Shown here: piece by piece, positions 43,850 to 53,881 of the stretch
How positions within the stretch are numbered: the first letter of the stretch is position 1
How the letters are laid out: every line of letters begins with the position of its first letter
Program-made: the position numbers and the translations under genes
Notes under the pieces: generated by a model
Told to the model about the DNA's origin: nothing
The model's database searches: none
What the model saw: the letters and a program-made list of their open reading frames with translations, nothing else
NCBI GenBank assembly: GCA_965242925.1
Contig: CBDEUM010000014.1
Span: 384,001 to 448,000, forward strand
From: Roseibacillus sp.
GTDB taxonomy: Bacteria; Verrucomicrobiota; Verrucomicrobiia; Verrucomicrobiales; Akkermansiaceae
Length of the DNA: 64,000 bases
Direction: 5' to 3'

Positions 43850-45063
43850 TGCTTCAATCTGCCTGCCAGGGCATCCATGATATAGCGGCTCGGCTTGAAA
43901 TCCTCAATGAGGATCTCCTGCTGACTTCCGCGCTGCATTCGCACCTTCCTCAAATTGAAGTTGGGCGTCTTGTGAGGGGCAAAAAGAATGTCATCATGGG
44001 TGCTGTTTTCATGCTGCTTGAACATATCGGGCACAATATCCCCTCCGAGGTGATCATCCCTGCCCGTTGCAAGGTGGCAGGTCCCCAGCACCTTCTCATC
44101 CTGGATATCCTGATAGGATACAGGCAGGACCTGTGTTCCAAAACCAAGTTCCCCGAGGGTCCCTGTCATCGGGTCATCCGCCAGACGCCGGTTATGGTCC
44201 GCAATCGTCTCCTCACTGCCCTCGATCAGGGTGGCCTTCACCACATCGCGGCACACTACATCAAGAATCCCGAGGGTCCCATCCTCATACTTCATTGGGA
44301 ACTGACCGCGGGCATCCCTCGGCACGAAATACACCTCGCCCGCAGGCAGGTTCGCTACGTCCGGCTTCCTCCCCTTGCACAAGCCATGCGATTTCTGGGC
44401 CTCCTGTCCTCCCAGGTCCAGGGAGGCCTCAAGGATTCTTCCATCTTCGAGGCCAAATTCGATTTCAACCTTGTCAGCACCCGTCATCGCAAGCCGCATC
44501 CTCTCCGCATCTGCTGATACCTCGTCGTAATCCACGGCGAGGCCAGACTGCAAAATAACCTCATTCATCCCGTGCATGGTTGCTCCCCTGAATCCAAACT
44601 CCTTACACTTCGCTGTCAGTGGCGCAGTTGCCGAGAAGGTCGAGACGCACAGGATAATGTCATAGGCCGGGTAGATATGCTGATCGAGGGACAACTGTTC
44701 GCCTTCCGTGCTCCAGACCTCATCCTCGAGGTCGAGGTTTGAGCCTCTGGTGCAGCGATAGGCAAACATTTCACCTCCGCTCATCCCGAGCTTTCTCATC
44801 ACCCCGGCATGAAGCTCCTGATGGAAATATCGATGGGCGTTTTTCTGGACCTCGAACCCCTCTTTTTCAAGGAATGCGAAATTCCTGATAAGCGCAGGGG
44901 GTTCCTCGAAATCCACCAGGATACAGACACGGCACCCCTCGGTTGGATCGAAAACCGTGGAGAGCAGGCGGGCCGCATCAAAGGGAGGGAACTCCCGCTG
45001 CCCTGGGTTCTGCAGGAGGCTCTCCTCCAGGTGGGGTGGCAGTGAACTCGTTAAAGGCTGCAT
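43846..45063 (-). CDS. M29/aminopeptidase-T-like metalloprotein
   Basis: NLPAGEVY, LGELGFG, DEKVLGTCHLATG, THDD. Confidence 0.7.
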   Translation of the reverse strand: MQPLTSSLPPHLEESLLQNPGQREFPPFDAARLLSTVFDPTEGCRVCILVDFEEPPALIRNFAFLEKEGFEVQKNAHRYFHQELHAGVMRKLGMSGGEMFAYRCTRGSNLDLEDEVWSTEGEQLSLDQHIYPAYDIILCVSTFSATAPLTAKCKEFGFRGATMHGMNEVILQSGLAVDYDEVSADAERMRLAMTGADKVEIEFGLEDGRILEASLDLGGQEAQKSHGLCKGRKPDVANLPAGEVYFVPRDARGQFPMKYEDGTLGILDVVCRDVVKATLIEGSEETIADHNRRLADDPMTGTLGELGFGTQVLPVSYQDIQDEKVLGTCHLATGRDDHLGGDIVPDMFKQHENSTHDDILFAPHKTPNFNLRKVRMQRGSQQEILIEDFKPSRYIMDALAGRLKQ

Positions 45064-45126
45064 CAGGGGCGGACCCTAAGCCCTTTCTTTCTACGGGCAA
45101 GCGGAAGATAGGGGGCCTCATCCGGC

Positions 45127-45588
45127 CTACTCCCCCCCTTCCAGCTCCATCCCCTTGTCTCGAAGTTCCTCAAGGACGCTGGTCATATCCTTGAGACCGT
45201 CCCACACATCCTGAACGACATAGAGGGGTGCCTGCTGGCGAACGGCCAGAGCGATGGAGTCACTGGGACGCGCATCGAGTTCCACGATGAGTTTCTCGTT
45301 GATCTCGTTCTGCGCTTCAATGAAGAGGCGGGCATAAAAGACGTCGTCCTCCACCCTCACGATCACGACCCGCTGCACCACTGCTCCAAAGGCCTTGAGC
45401 GCATCGTTAAAAAGGTCGTGGGTCAGAGGCCGCGGCGGCTGCCGGTCGGAGAGGGCATCGTTGATGGAAACCCCGATGGCGGGTTCGATGTAGAACACGA
45501 TCGATTTCTCGCCATTGCCCAGGAAGACCGCACATCCCGCCTGGGTGGGCAGAAGGGCAACAGGGTCCACTTGAACAAGATCCGGCAT
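45127..45588 (-). CDS. Bifunctional nuclease (DUF151) family
   Basis: PRPLTHDL, FYARL, DARPSDSIALA. Confidence 0.92.
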   Translation of the reverse strand: MPDLVQVDPVALLPTQAGCAVFLGNGEKSIVFYIEPAIGVSINDALSDRQPPRPLTHDLFNDALKAFGAVVQRVVIVRVEDDVFYARLFIEAQNEINEKLIVELDARPSDSIALAVRQQAPLYVVQDVWDGLKDMTSVLEELRDKGMELEGGE

Positions 45589-45598
45589 CACGAAAACG

Positions 45599-46120
45599 TT
45601 ACTGTCGATCCAGTTCCCGAGCGAGGAACTTCCTGCTGTTTTCCACATATTTCTGGGCGCGGACCGCGACCCCCGCCTGCTCCTCCTCACTGAGCAGGCG
45701 CACCACCTTGCCAGGCGAACCGAGAACAAGGGACCCAGGTGGGATTTCCGTGTTCATGGTGACCAGGGTATTGGCTCCGATAATACTGCGCTCTCCAATT
45801 ACCGCACCATCCAGCACGGTGGCTCCCATTCCCACCAGAACCTCATCCTTGATCGTGCAGGCGTGCACAATCGCACCGTGACCAACCGTGACAAGCTCAC
45901 CAAGATAACATCCACGGTCGCTCTCAACATGAAGAACCGCGTTGTCCTGAACGTTGGAACGCGGGCCGATCACCACCTCATGGATATCGCCACGCAGGGT
46001 CGAGTTGTACCACACGCTGGCTTCTGCTCCGATCCGGACTCTCCCGATCAGATCCGCACTGGCTGCCACGAAGGCACTCTCATCGATCTCCGGCCAGTGG
46101 TCCTCAAAAGGCTCAATCAT
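45599..46120 (-). CDS. Gamma carbonic anhydrase family protein
   Basis: Hexapeptide repeats; LRGD, NVQDNAVLH, GHGAIVHAC. Confidence 0.93.
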   Translation of the reverse strand: MIEPFEDHWPEIDESAFVAASADLIGRVRIGAEASVWYNSTLRGDIHEVVIGPRSNVQDNAVLHVESDRGCYLGELVTVGHGAIVHACTIKDEVLVGMGATVLDGAVIGERSIIGANTLVTMNTEIPPGSLVLGSPGKVVRLLSEEEQAGVAVRAQKYVENSRKFLARELDRQ

Positions 46121-46303
46121 GAAAACAGCTTAGGAGATGCATTAAAAATCAAGGAATGAAAATCTGCGGACAGTTCCGGTTTCTGGACATTCATCATCCA
46201 AAAAGCAGAAACATCACTGGCAAACCCGCCAGGACTGGGCGACACTCATTCCCGTTCCTACGCGCCTCCCGGATTCCAACCATCAACTCCACGCGCGCCC
46301 CTG

Positions 46304-47125
46304 ATGTCCCAGTTTGCCCTCGTCGCCGGATTGGCCGTCCTTGCGATGGCTCTGCGATGTTGCCGCCACTTCGCGGCACGCAAGCTCGGCGCGCTCATTT
46401 TTCTGGTCGCCAGTTTTTTCGCCCTCTACTTCATTTTCAACCGATCGGTGGTAGCGGGCCTCTGCGGGGTGGGGGCCTGGTTCCTCCTTCCCTGGATCGA
46501 ACTCCTTACCCGTATCCGCCGTCTCCGCCTGCCCCTCGAGAACCGGCTTCGCTTCCGTGTTCCTCCGGCGGACTCCTTCTTTCCCCATGCCGCCGAGGCA
46601 GTCGACGCCATGGACGAGGAGGGCTTCGAGCACGCCACTGACAGCGGATGGGAGTGGGCCGGAATGAAACAGTTCTTCCGCATCTTCTGGAACCCTGAAA
46701 AGCGGGCCATCGCCACCGTCTGCCTCTGTGAACAGGAAGAGGTTGCCTTCGCATTCATCAGCATCACCTCCAGGGATGGTAACGGACGCATCTTCCGCAC
46801 CACTAATTTTCCTTTCTCTCCCACTCTTAAATGTGGCTCCGAGATCACCTGGAACCATGTCCCCTGCGAATGCAGTTGCTTCCATCAGATCCTGCACAAC
46901 CATCATCAGTTTCTTGGCCGCCTCCACGTGCCTGAGGACGACCTGCGGGTTCCCGATCCTGATGAGGTCATAAATGAGATCGAGGGCGAGATGCGCCGGC
47001 AGATCGATCACAATCTTTCCAAGGGTATCATCCAGCTCACGGGCGACGGGCATTTTCGCTACTCGTTCCGCGGGCTCTTCTTCCTCTGGCGCCAGTTCAT
47101 CAGGGACATGCTGCGGCTCTGTTGA
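46304..47125 (+). CDS. Hypothetical membrane protein
   Basis: Three N-terminal TMs plus a soluble domain; consistent codon usage. Confidence 0.75.
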   Translation: MSQFALVAGLAVLAMALRCCRHFAARKLGALIFLVASFFALYFIFNRSVVAGLCGVGAWFLLPWIELLTRIRRLRLPLENRLRFRVPPADSFFPHAAEAVDAMDEEGFEHATDSGWEWAGMKQFFRIFWNPEKRAIATVCLCEQEEVAFAFISITSRDGNGRIFRTTNFPFSPTLKCGSEITWNHVPCECSCFHQILHNHHQFLGRLHVPEDDLRVPDPDEVINEIEGEMRRQIDHNLSKGIIQLTGDGHFRYSFRGLFFLWRQFIRDMLRLC

Positions 47126-47181
47126 TAAGAAAGACGAAGGTCGGGCTGGCCAGCTGGCGCCACCACCTGCTAACTGAATCC

Positions 47182-48216
47182 GTGGATTCGCTGACCATCG
47201 CGAAACTGAAGCAGGGCGCTAATGAGACCCCGCAAGAGGCCTTCTTCCAGGCCCAGGTCCAGGATCGTTCCGAGAGGACGACCAAATCCGGCTCACCCTA
47301 TCTTGAACTCACCCTCACCGACGCGACCAGTAACTTCACCCTGAAGGTCTGGAGCAATCATCCACAATTCTCCGAGATCAGCGATCTGCCCACTGCCGCC
47401 TTTGTCCGGTTGGAAGGTCTCTGGACCCAGAACCAGTATGGCATCGACGGAAAACGCTGGCAACTTCGCGTCCTCGACGATGGCGAAATCGAAGAGTTTC
47501 TCCGTGGCAACCCCGAGACTGCCCGCAAGCAGGAGGCCGACTGGGATCATGTCGTCGCCACCTGTGCGGCCCTCAGGGATCCTCGCCTGCGGGCCCTCAC
47601 CAGCAAATTCCTTGAAGAGTCCGGGGAACGCTTCCGCCGCGCCGCCGCCGCCCGCCGGAATCACCACGCCCGGCGCGGCGGACTGGTGGAACACGTGGCC
47701 CAGATGATGCGAACAGCCTCCGCGATCTGCACCGCCTACCCGGATCTCAACGAAGACCTTCTTCTCGCAGGCGTCCTCTTCCACGACTGTGGCAAACTCT
47801 GGGAAAACAACTACCCGGAAGCGGGCTTCGCCCAAAGCGTGAGCCTGCACGGCGAAATGATGGGACATATCCCCCTCGGGATCGAGCTGGTCAACAGGCT
47901 CTGGCGCGACCTGCTCGACTCCAGCGTGGCCCAGACCTGGAAGAGCCTGGAGCCATCCAACGACCTCGTGCGCCTGCACCTCCTTCACCTCATCGCCAGC
48001 CACCATGGCACCAGGGAATTTGGCTCTCCCACCCTCCCGTGCACTCCGGAGGCCTTTGCCCTGCATCACATCGACAACTTCGATGCAAAGCACGAGATGC
48101 TGAGCATGGCCTACGAGGGTGCCAACGAACTGGCCCCCGGGATCTTCAGCAAGCAGTTCCCACTTCCCGCCAGTCCGGTCGCACCCCTTCCTCTATTTGA
48201 GGAGTCCCCGTCCTAG
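47182..48216 (+). CDS. YhaM/CBF1-like 3'-5' exoribonuclease (OB fold plus HD domain)
   Basis: N-terminal OB-like region; AA..NHHA..GGL.EH, FHDCGK, SHHG, HHID; GTG start inferred (frame open from 47122). Confidence 0.85.
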   Translation: MDSLTIAKLKQGANETPQEAFFQAQVQDRSERTTKSGSPYLELTLTDATSNFTLKVWSNHPQFSEISDLPTAAFVRLEGLWTQNQYGIDGKRWQLRVLDDGEIEEFLRGNPETARKQEADWDHVVATCAALRDPRLRALTSKFLEESGERFRRAAAARRNHHARRGGLVEHVAQMMRTASAICTAYPDLNEDLLLAGVLFHDCGKLWENNYPEAGFAQSVSLHGEMMGHIPLGIELVNRLWRDLLDSSVAQTWKSLEPSNDLVRLHLLHLIASHHGTREFGSPTLPCTPEAFALHHIDNFDAKHEMLSMAYEGANELAPGIFSKQFPLPASPVAPLPLFEESPS

Positions 48217-48307
48217 ATGCGCAAACAGACGGAACGCTCCAGGACCGGAGATTTTCCTTCAGGCAACGGGAACGACCGCACGCCGCCTGCTCTCCCTCCG
48301 GGACCCA

Positions 48308-48694
48308 CTACTTCAAGGCCCCCGTTCGCCCGAGCCACCCGAGGTAGATGAGCGCAATGCCGGCCAGAAGGAAACTGGCGCCCGCCAGCAGTTCCCCGAC
48401 CGCGTGCAACGACGCCCAAGTCTCTGCACTGGGGCCCACGCCGGGGGTCTCGTGGGCCTCTTCCAGGCTGCGCAGACCAGTCCGACCTCCCCGCCCGAGC
48501 AACAGCGCCCCCTGAAGGACAAACCCGACCAGTGAGCTTCCGGAGAATATCAGCACCCACGGCGTGTCCTGCCTGCGACAACGGCACAACCCGTAGAAGA
48601 CCATGGCCCCCAGGAGCACGAGAAAAAGCATTTCGAGAAAGCGATCAAGGTTCGCCAGTCCACTCAAATCGATCGCCGAGTCCTGTTCGCTCAT
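48308..48694 (-). CDS. Small membrane protein
   Basis: Three hydrophobic segments; ATGA coupling to the upstream gene. Confidence 0.6.
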   Translation of the reverse strand: MSEQDSAIDLSGLANLDRFLEMLFLVLLGAMVFYGLCRCRRQDTPWVLIFSGSSLVGFVLQGALLLGRGGRTGLRSLEEAHETPGVGPSAETWASLHAVGELLAGASFLLAGIALIYLGWLGRTGALK

Positions 48695-49155
48695 CTCTCC
48701 CTCTTTCCTCCAGGTTTGCTGCTGCGCGGGCCCGACTTTTCTGCCAGCGCCTCCCGGCCCATCAACAGAAACCCGCCCGTCGCTGCCAGGGAACCAAGGA
48801 AGAGGCCCAACCGCTGGCCCCACCAGTAGGGTCCCTCCCATTCCCGCGGGCCCACCGGTCCGATCGCAAGATCATCCTCAGAGTATTCGAACTCGGCGTG
48901 ATCCTCCCCCAGGATCTGATCCATGTCCGCCTTCCACCCTGGGTAATAATTCAACTCCACTGCATGGAGGCGCACAAGACTCTGCGCGGTAAGCCCGAGG
49001 GCGAAAGCGACCAAGCTGATCATCAGGAAGAGGCGCAGGCCCGTTCGCCGGGCGCTCCACATGCGGAGGGCACCAAACACCAGAGCCCACCCGCCCAGCA
49101 GGGTGAGTTGTGCCCCTGTCTCCGCCAGCTTGGCCGTCGCCAGCACCTCCATCAT
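48691..49155 (-). CDS. Small membrane protein
   Basis: Three hydrophobic segments. Confidence 0.6.
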   Translation of the reverse strand: MMEVLATAKLAETGAQLTLLGGWALVFGALRMWSARRTGLRLFLMISLVAFALGLTAQSLVRLHAVELNYYPGWKADMDQILGEDHAEFEYSEDDLAIGPVGPREWEGPYWWGQRLGLFLGSLAATGGFLLMGREALAEKSGPRSSKPGGKRER

Positions 49156-49210
49156 CCTGCCGGGATGGTGCCGCAGCTCTCTCCCTCAGGCCAGACCAAT
49201 CACGATCCTG

Positions 49211-49567
49211 CTACCCGCCGAACGACATTCGCTGCTGTAATTGCACCAGCAGGGTCTCCAGCTCACGGGCACGTCTTGCCGCGGCCCCATACTTTGCACA
49301 CACGCCCAGGAACCCGGCGCAGAAGGCCAAGACCCCCACCCCTGCCAGTCCCAATGCTGCAAAGAGGTAGGGGAGAGCATCGAAGGAACGAAAGCCGAGA
49401 GCCAGCGCTCCGATCAGCGGGGAAAGAGTCAGGAAACACGTCCCTATCAGAATCGTGATCGTCGACCTATTCTTGGCAGCCCGCACCAGTAGGATCGCAC
49501 CCACCAGAAGCGGGACCACGATTACGAGCCACACAAGAAGGACCAGCAGAAATTCTTGAGCTGTCAT
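49211..49567 (-). CDS. Small membrane protein
   Basis: Three hydrophobic segments. Confidence 0.6.
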   Translation of the reverse strand: MTAQEFLLVLLVWLVIVVPLLVGAILLVRAAKNRSTITILIGTCFLTLSPLIGALALGFRSFDALPYLFAALGLAGVGVLAFCAGFLGVCAKYGAAARRARELETLLVQLQQRMSFGG

Positions 49568-49659
49568 AGTGAACCCATCCTGCCGCGGAGGTGCCAACAG
49601 AGCGATCTAATTACGGCGGACCGCTACGACCTCCTGGAAGGCTCGATCGGGGCAGAATT

Positions 49660-50529
49660 TTATCCTCCTGTCTCTACGGCCGCGAGAACCTTCACCGCCT
49701 GCCACGCAGCATCCACGTTGTGGACCCGAAAAATCTGAGCTCCCCGTGCCATCCCCGTGGCCAGAAGCCCGATCGTCCCGGCATCGCGGGCGACCGGATC
49801 CTCGATCTCCAACACCTCGCCAATAACCGTTTTGCGAGAGATCGGAAGGAGCACCGGGCGTTCGAATTTCTGCAACCGATCCAGCTCCCGCATGAGACGC
49901 AGGTTGTCTTCCCGCTGCTTGGCAAAGTCGATCCCGGGATCAATCACCAGCTGATCCGGAGAGAGCCCCTCCAACTGGGCAACGGCCAGTTTGTCCTCGA
50001 AGAATCGCTCCAGTTCCACCATAACGTCATCCCAGTAATGGCCGGTCTGCTGCACCTTGGGAGGACCTGCGGTGTGCATCAGCACCAGGGCGGCCCCATG
50101 TTCCGCAACCAGACGTGCATTGCTCCCATCCGGCAATCCGCCCATGTCATTGATCAGTTCCGCTCCCAGTCCGAGGACCGCAGCGACCACTTCGCTGCGC
50201 CAGGTGTTCACCGAGAGCACCGGGGGCCAGACCTGCTCGCCATCCCGTGGTCCCGTCGAGGCCGTCACTTCGCCCCACCGCTCGAGAACTCCCCGCAGGC
50301 GCGCGCATTCTTCCTCTACCGGGATCGCCGCCCGGTTGGTGCGGGCACTCTCCGCCCCCAGGTCCACGATATCCGCCCCCGCCGCCGCCTGGGCCACCGC
50401 CTGCCGGAGGGCCTCGTCCACATCCAGCGTTCCGTCACCTGAAAAGGAATCGTCGTTCACGTTCACGATTCCCATCACCAGCGGACGCCGCGGAAAGGAA
50501 AGAACACGACTGGGAAGGCGCAGGATCAT
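49660..50529 (-). CDS. folP: Dihydropteroate synthase
   Basis: MGIVNVNDDSFSGDG, GAESAR, IDPGIDFAK, ISRK, FRVHNV. Confidence 0.95.
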   Translation of the reverse strand: MILRLPSRVLSFPRRPLVMGIVNVNDDSFSGDGTLDVDEALRQAVAQAAAGADIVDLGAESARTNRAAIPVEEECARLRGVLERWGEVTASTGPRDGEQVWPPVLSVNTWRSEVVAAVLGLGAELINDMGGLPDGSNARLVAEHGAALVLMHTAGPPKVQQTGHYWDDVMVELERFFEDKLAVAQLEGLSPDQLVIDPGIDFAKQREDNLRLMRELDRLQKFERPVLLPISRKTVIGEVLEIEDPVARDAGTIGLLATGMARGAQIFRVHNVDAAWQAVKVLAAVETGG

Positions 50530-50586
50530 TCTCCTTCTTCCCCGGCTTTCCGGCCCAGTGGACCAACTGTCTGCTTGCTGTTCACT

Positions 50587-51270
50587 TCAGATCGACAGCG
50601 ATCCTCCATTGTCCCGGGCGCCCAGATTCTCCAGGAACGGCACCGCCCTCTCGGCCCACTCCTCGGGGTCGGGATAGGCGGCCGCTCCTTCGCCCCATGC
50701 CGAGCGCAGCATGTCGGTATCGATGACCCCGGGATTCAGGGCAATTGCTGCCACGCCGTCGGGCAACTCGCAGGAGAGCGCCTGGGTCAGTCCCTCGATG
50801 GCCCACTTGGTGGCACAGTAGGGAGCCACCTCCGGTGAGGTGGAGCGGCCCCAACCCGAACTGAAATTCACAACCACACCTTTGCCTCGCTCAATCATGA
50901 CCGGCACCGCATGACGCAGCACGTTGGCCACACCCTTAATATTAACGTCCACCACCCGCCCGAATTCCTCGCTGGCCACCTCCCAGAGCGGAGCCGGCTC
51001 GTTGATCAGGGCCGCGTTGTTCAGGAGAAGGTCCGGCGGTCCCGCCTCGCGCCGTGCGGCCGAACAGAAGGCCTCCACCTCGTCTTCCTCCACTACGTCC
51101 ACGGAGGCAAAGAAGTGGCCCGCCCCCAGTTCTCCGGCCAACGCCTTGACCGCTCCCGCGCTGCGGGCAAAACCTGCCACCGTCCAACCACGCGCAGCGA
51201 AACCCCGCACCATGGCTCGTCCCAGTCCCCGGGAACAACCGGTAATCCACGCTACTTTCTCACTGGCCAT
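50587..51270 (-). CDS. SDR family oxidoreductase
   Basis: TGCSRGLG, NNA, YCATK. Confidence 0.93.
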   Translation of the reverse strand: MASEKVAWITGCSRGLGRAMVRGFAARGWTVAGFARSAGAVKALAGELGAGHFFASVDVVEEDEVEAFCSAARREAGPPDLLLNNAALINEPAPLWEVASEEFGRVVDVNIKGVANVLRHAVPVMIERGKGVVVNFSSGWGRSTSPEVAPYCATKWAIEGLTQALSCELPDGVAAIALNPGVIDTDMLRSAWGEGAAAYPDPEEWAERAVPFLENLGARDNGGSLSI

Positions 51271-51755
51271 GGCGCACGCTTAGGGCCTGCCCCTGCAGGT
51301 CACGAGAAAATTCGTAGGAACATCCAACGGCCCCTGGAGGCGGAGCCCCCTGCCTCCCATGGTCGCGCATTAACCCCTGACAGTCCTCCTGGTTGTCCTC
51401 GTCACCGGATGTGACCTTGCCTACCGTCTCAAGCTTGGCGGAATGCCCCTGATCTACCACCGGGGCCTCGATGGGGTGGATGACGGCGGCCTCCCCGGCA
51501 AGGACCTCGCCTGGCGATACCCGCCTGTCACTCCCTAGCAGAATGCGGGGAACGCACCACGATCTACCCGCCCGAGGTTGCCCCGGAAGCTGTAACAGAA
51601 GGCCCTGGGCCATCATTCAGACCACTGTATCCGTGGACCTCCGCCCCCGAACCCCTGATTTCGCAGCATCTTCCGCCTCCACTCCCTCGAAATTCCTTGA
51701 CCGGGTGCAGGATCACCGCTTTTCTCCCCGCCCCGCAATCCAGCTCCTTCCAGCG

Positions 51756-52022
51756 ATGTCACGAGTCTGCAGCATTAGAGGTTCCCGCCCCCGCATGGGC
51801 CGCAAGATCCACCGTTCCGGATTGGCCAAGAAAAAGGGCGGGATCGGCCGTCACGTGACCAAGACGGTCAAGCGTTCGGTCTCCCCCAACCTCAAGAAGA
51901 AGAGAGTCTGGGTCCCCGAGCTGGGGCGCTACGTCAAGGTCAAGGCCAGTTGCAAGGCCTTCAAGACCATTAACAAGAACGGCGCCTACACCACCCTCCG
52001 GAAGGCAGGGTTGGTCAAGTAG
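51756..52022 (+). CDS. rpmB: 50S ribosomal protein L28
   Basis: MSRVCSIRG...SGLAKKKGGIG...KR..SPNL...KTINKNG. Confidence 0.96.
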   Translation: MSRVCSIRGSRPRMGRKIHRSGLAKKKGGIGRHVTKTVKRSVSPNLKKKRVWVPELGRYVKVKASCKAFKTINKNGAYTTLRKAGLVK

Positions 52023-52168
52023 GTCCATCCGGACGACGCCCCCCCAGGCGAGCCTTCCCGGCTTTCGTACCCCGGCCCGGGACTCCCGCCGCATTCTTGG
52101 ATCTTCACCACCGATCAACCTGGCATTCCCTTATCGCCTCTTCCGGGAATCCACTCTAGGCTCCTCCC

Positions 52169-52486
52169 ATGTTATTGTTGAGCACGACTGAAACGATACC
52201 CGGCCGGGAAATCATCGCACATGCCGGAGTAGTCTGCGGCAACACCGTCCGGGCCAAGCACCTCGGCCGCGACATCGCTGCCGGTCTCAAGACCCTGATC
52301 GGAGGCGAGGTCGGAGGATACACCGAGATGCTTGCCGAATCCCGCAACCAGGCGATTGAACGAATGATACAGTCCGCCCAGGAGTTGGGTGCCGACGCCG
52401 TTGTCAGCGTGCGGTTCACCACCTCCGCGGTGGCACAGGGCATGTCGGAAATGCTCGCCTTCGGAACTGCGGTGAAGCTCGCGTAG
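52169..52486 (+). CDS. YbjQ (UPF0145) family protein
   Basis: RDIAAGLKTLIGGEVGGY, GADAVVSVRF, GTAV. Confidence 0.93.
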   Translation: MLLLSTTETIPGREIIAHAGVVCGNTVRAKHLGRDIAAGLKTLIGGEVGGYTEMLAESRNQAIERMIQSAQELGADAVVSVRFTTSAVAQGMSEMLAFGTAVKLA

Positions 52487-52498
52487 CCGATTTGACGG

Positions 52499-53788
52499 TC
52501 AGCCGTCCGCCACGCAAACCGTGAGAATGGCATCCCTCATCCCGTGGATCTTCTTCTTGTCCGCGGGGGCTACCGCGGCCAGACACCCCCCAAGGCAGGA
52601 CCTGCCCTCCTGATCAACGAAGTAATACGGACAGAGCCGAACCCGCCCCCGCATCGTTTCGATCGCTCCGGTCCGGGGATCATAGTAGGGATGCTCCACC
52701 ATCCGCGCTTCCCTGAACTCCTGCAGGATCCAGGGTTGAGAATCGAATTCCTCACAGGCCCGCTCCAGCGCCGCCGTCCACTCCTCCCCGGAAATATCGT
52801 GCCCGATGACTACTCCGCGGCTGCCCCAGGCCAGCTCACTGAAGCCGCTGACCTTGAGTACGAGGTGGCGCTTCTTCTGGCTGAAAGTCGCCAGCTGGTC
52901 CCACGAATTTACTTCCAGACGTGGTAAGGCCGCGTGGGGCGGCAGCGGAGTGGGATCCACGACCCAGCCGTAGGGGACCAGCTCCCGTAGCCGCCGCAGA
53001 TGACTTCCCCTCACCTCGGTCTCCCACACCTCCCGCAGGGAGGGGGACCACATCAGGGCGAGCCAGAGTTTCTCCTCGAAGTGCGGCTTGAAGGGCGGGG
53101 TGAGATCCGGGCGCCGGGCCAGAGAGCGCGCCGCAGGGATTGACTCCCAATCGAACAGTTCGAAAAAGCGGTAAAGCGCGGAAGCCGGGTTTGCGTCGCT
53201 GAACTCCTCCGCCGAGCCCATCCCCCACGGGCCTCCACCCCGGTCGTTGAGAGCCTCCACCAGCCACTCCATCTCCGGCCGATAATCTCCCGCCTCCTCT
53301 GAAATAAGCACCTCTCCGCCATCCGGCATGAGAGTGCGAAAGCCCTCCAGCATTCCTGAGCCCTCCCCCAGAACCTCGAAACCTGCCTCGCTGTAACGCT
53401 TCGAGAGCCACCCCGTGATTCCCATCCCTCCCGGCACCCCGTCCAGTTCGGTGAGTGCAAACCCATCCTCGGTGAGGAGGAGATCCGGCCGGATGACCCG
53501 GGGGGCCACCTCCCGGAGGTCATCCGAACGCTGTGCTTCAACCAACCAACCAGGCTTACCCGCATCCAGCAGGTCGGCAATCCATCCCGGCAGAGTCCCC
53601 TTGACGCTGCGGCGATAGATGCGGTCGCAGCCCAGCTGGAACATCCGCAGGGGATGCCCCAGCCGCTCAAGCTGCGCGACATCCGCCCCCGAGAGCCGCA
53701 CGGGCTCCGGGGAAAATAGCCATTCGCGATCCTCCCGAAAGCCCACCGCCGCGGCGTCGCTCATGAAGTCATCCAGCGCCAGTGCCAT
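52499..53788 (-). CDS. ATP-grasp protein (glutathionylspermidine-synthase-like), function unknown
   Basis: RPDLLL...TELD..PGG, LVLK....WGSRGV, WILQEF. Confidence 0.7.
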   Translation of the reverse strand: MALALDDFMSDAAAVGFREDREWLFSPEPVRLSGADVAQLERLGHPLRMFQLGCDRIYRRSVKGTLPGWIADLLDAGKPGWLVEAQRSDDLREVAPRVIRPDLLLTEDGFALTELDGVPGGMGITGWLSKRYSEAGFEVLGEGSGMLEGFRTLMPDGGEVLISEEAGDYRPEMEWLVEALNDRGGGPWGMGSAEEFSDANPASALYRFFELFDWESIPAARSLARRPDLTPPFKPHFEEKLWLALMWSPSLREVWETEVRGSHLRRLRELVPYGWVVDPTPLPPHAALPRLEVNSWDQLATFSQKKRHLVLKVSGFSELAWGSRGVVIGHDISGEEWTAALERACEEFDSQPWILQEFREARMVEHPYYDPRTGAIETMRGRVRLCPYYFVDQEGRSCLGGCLAAVAPADKKKIHGMRDAILTVCVADG

Positions 53789-53881
53789 TCACAGGCCATC
53801 TGACCGTGGACCGAGCGGGACTGCAAACAGGAAACCCATATCCCGGCCCATCTCCCGCGTTCATGAAAGGACCCTTGAAAC

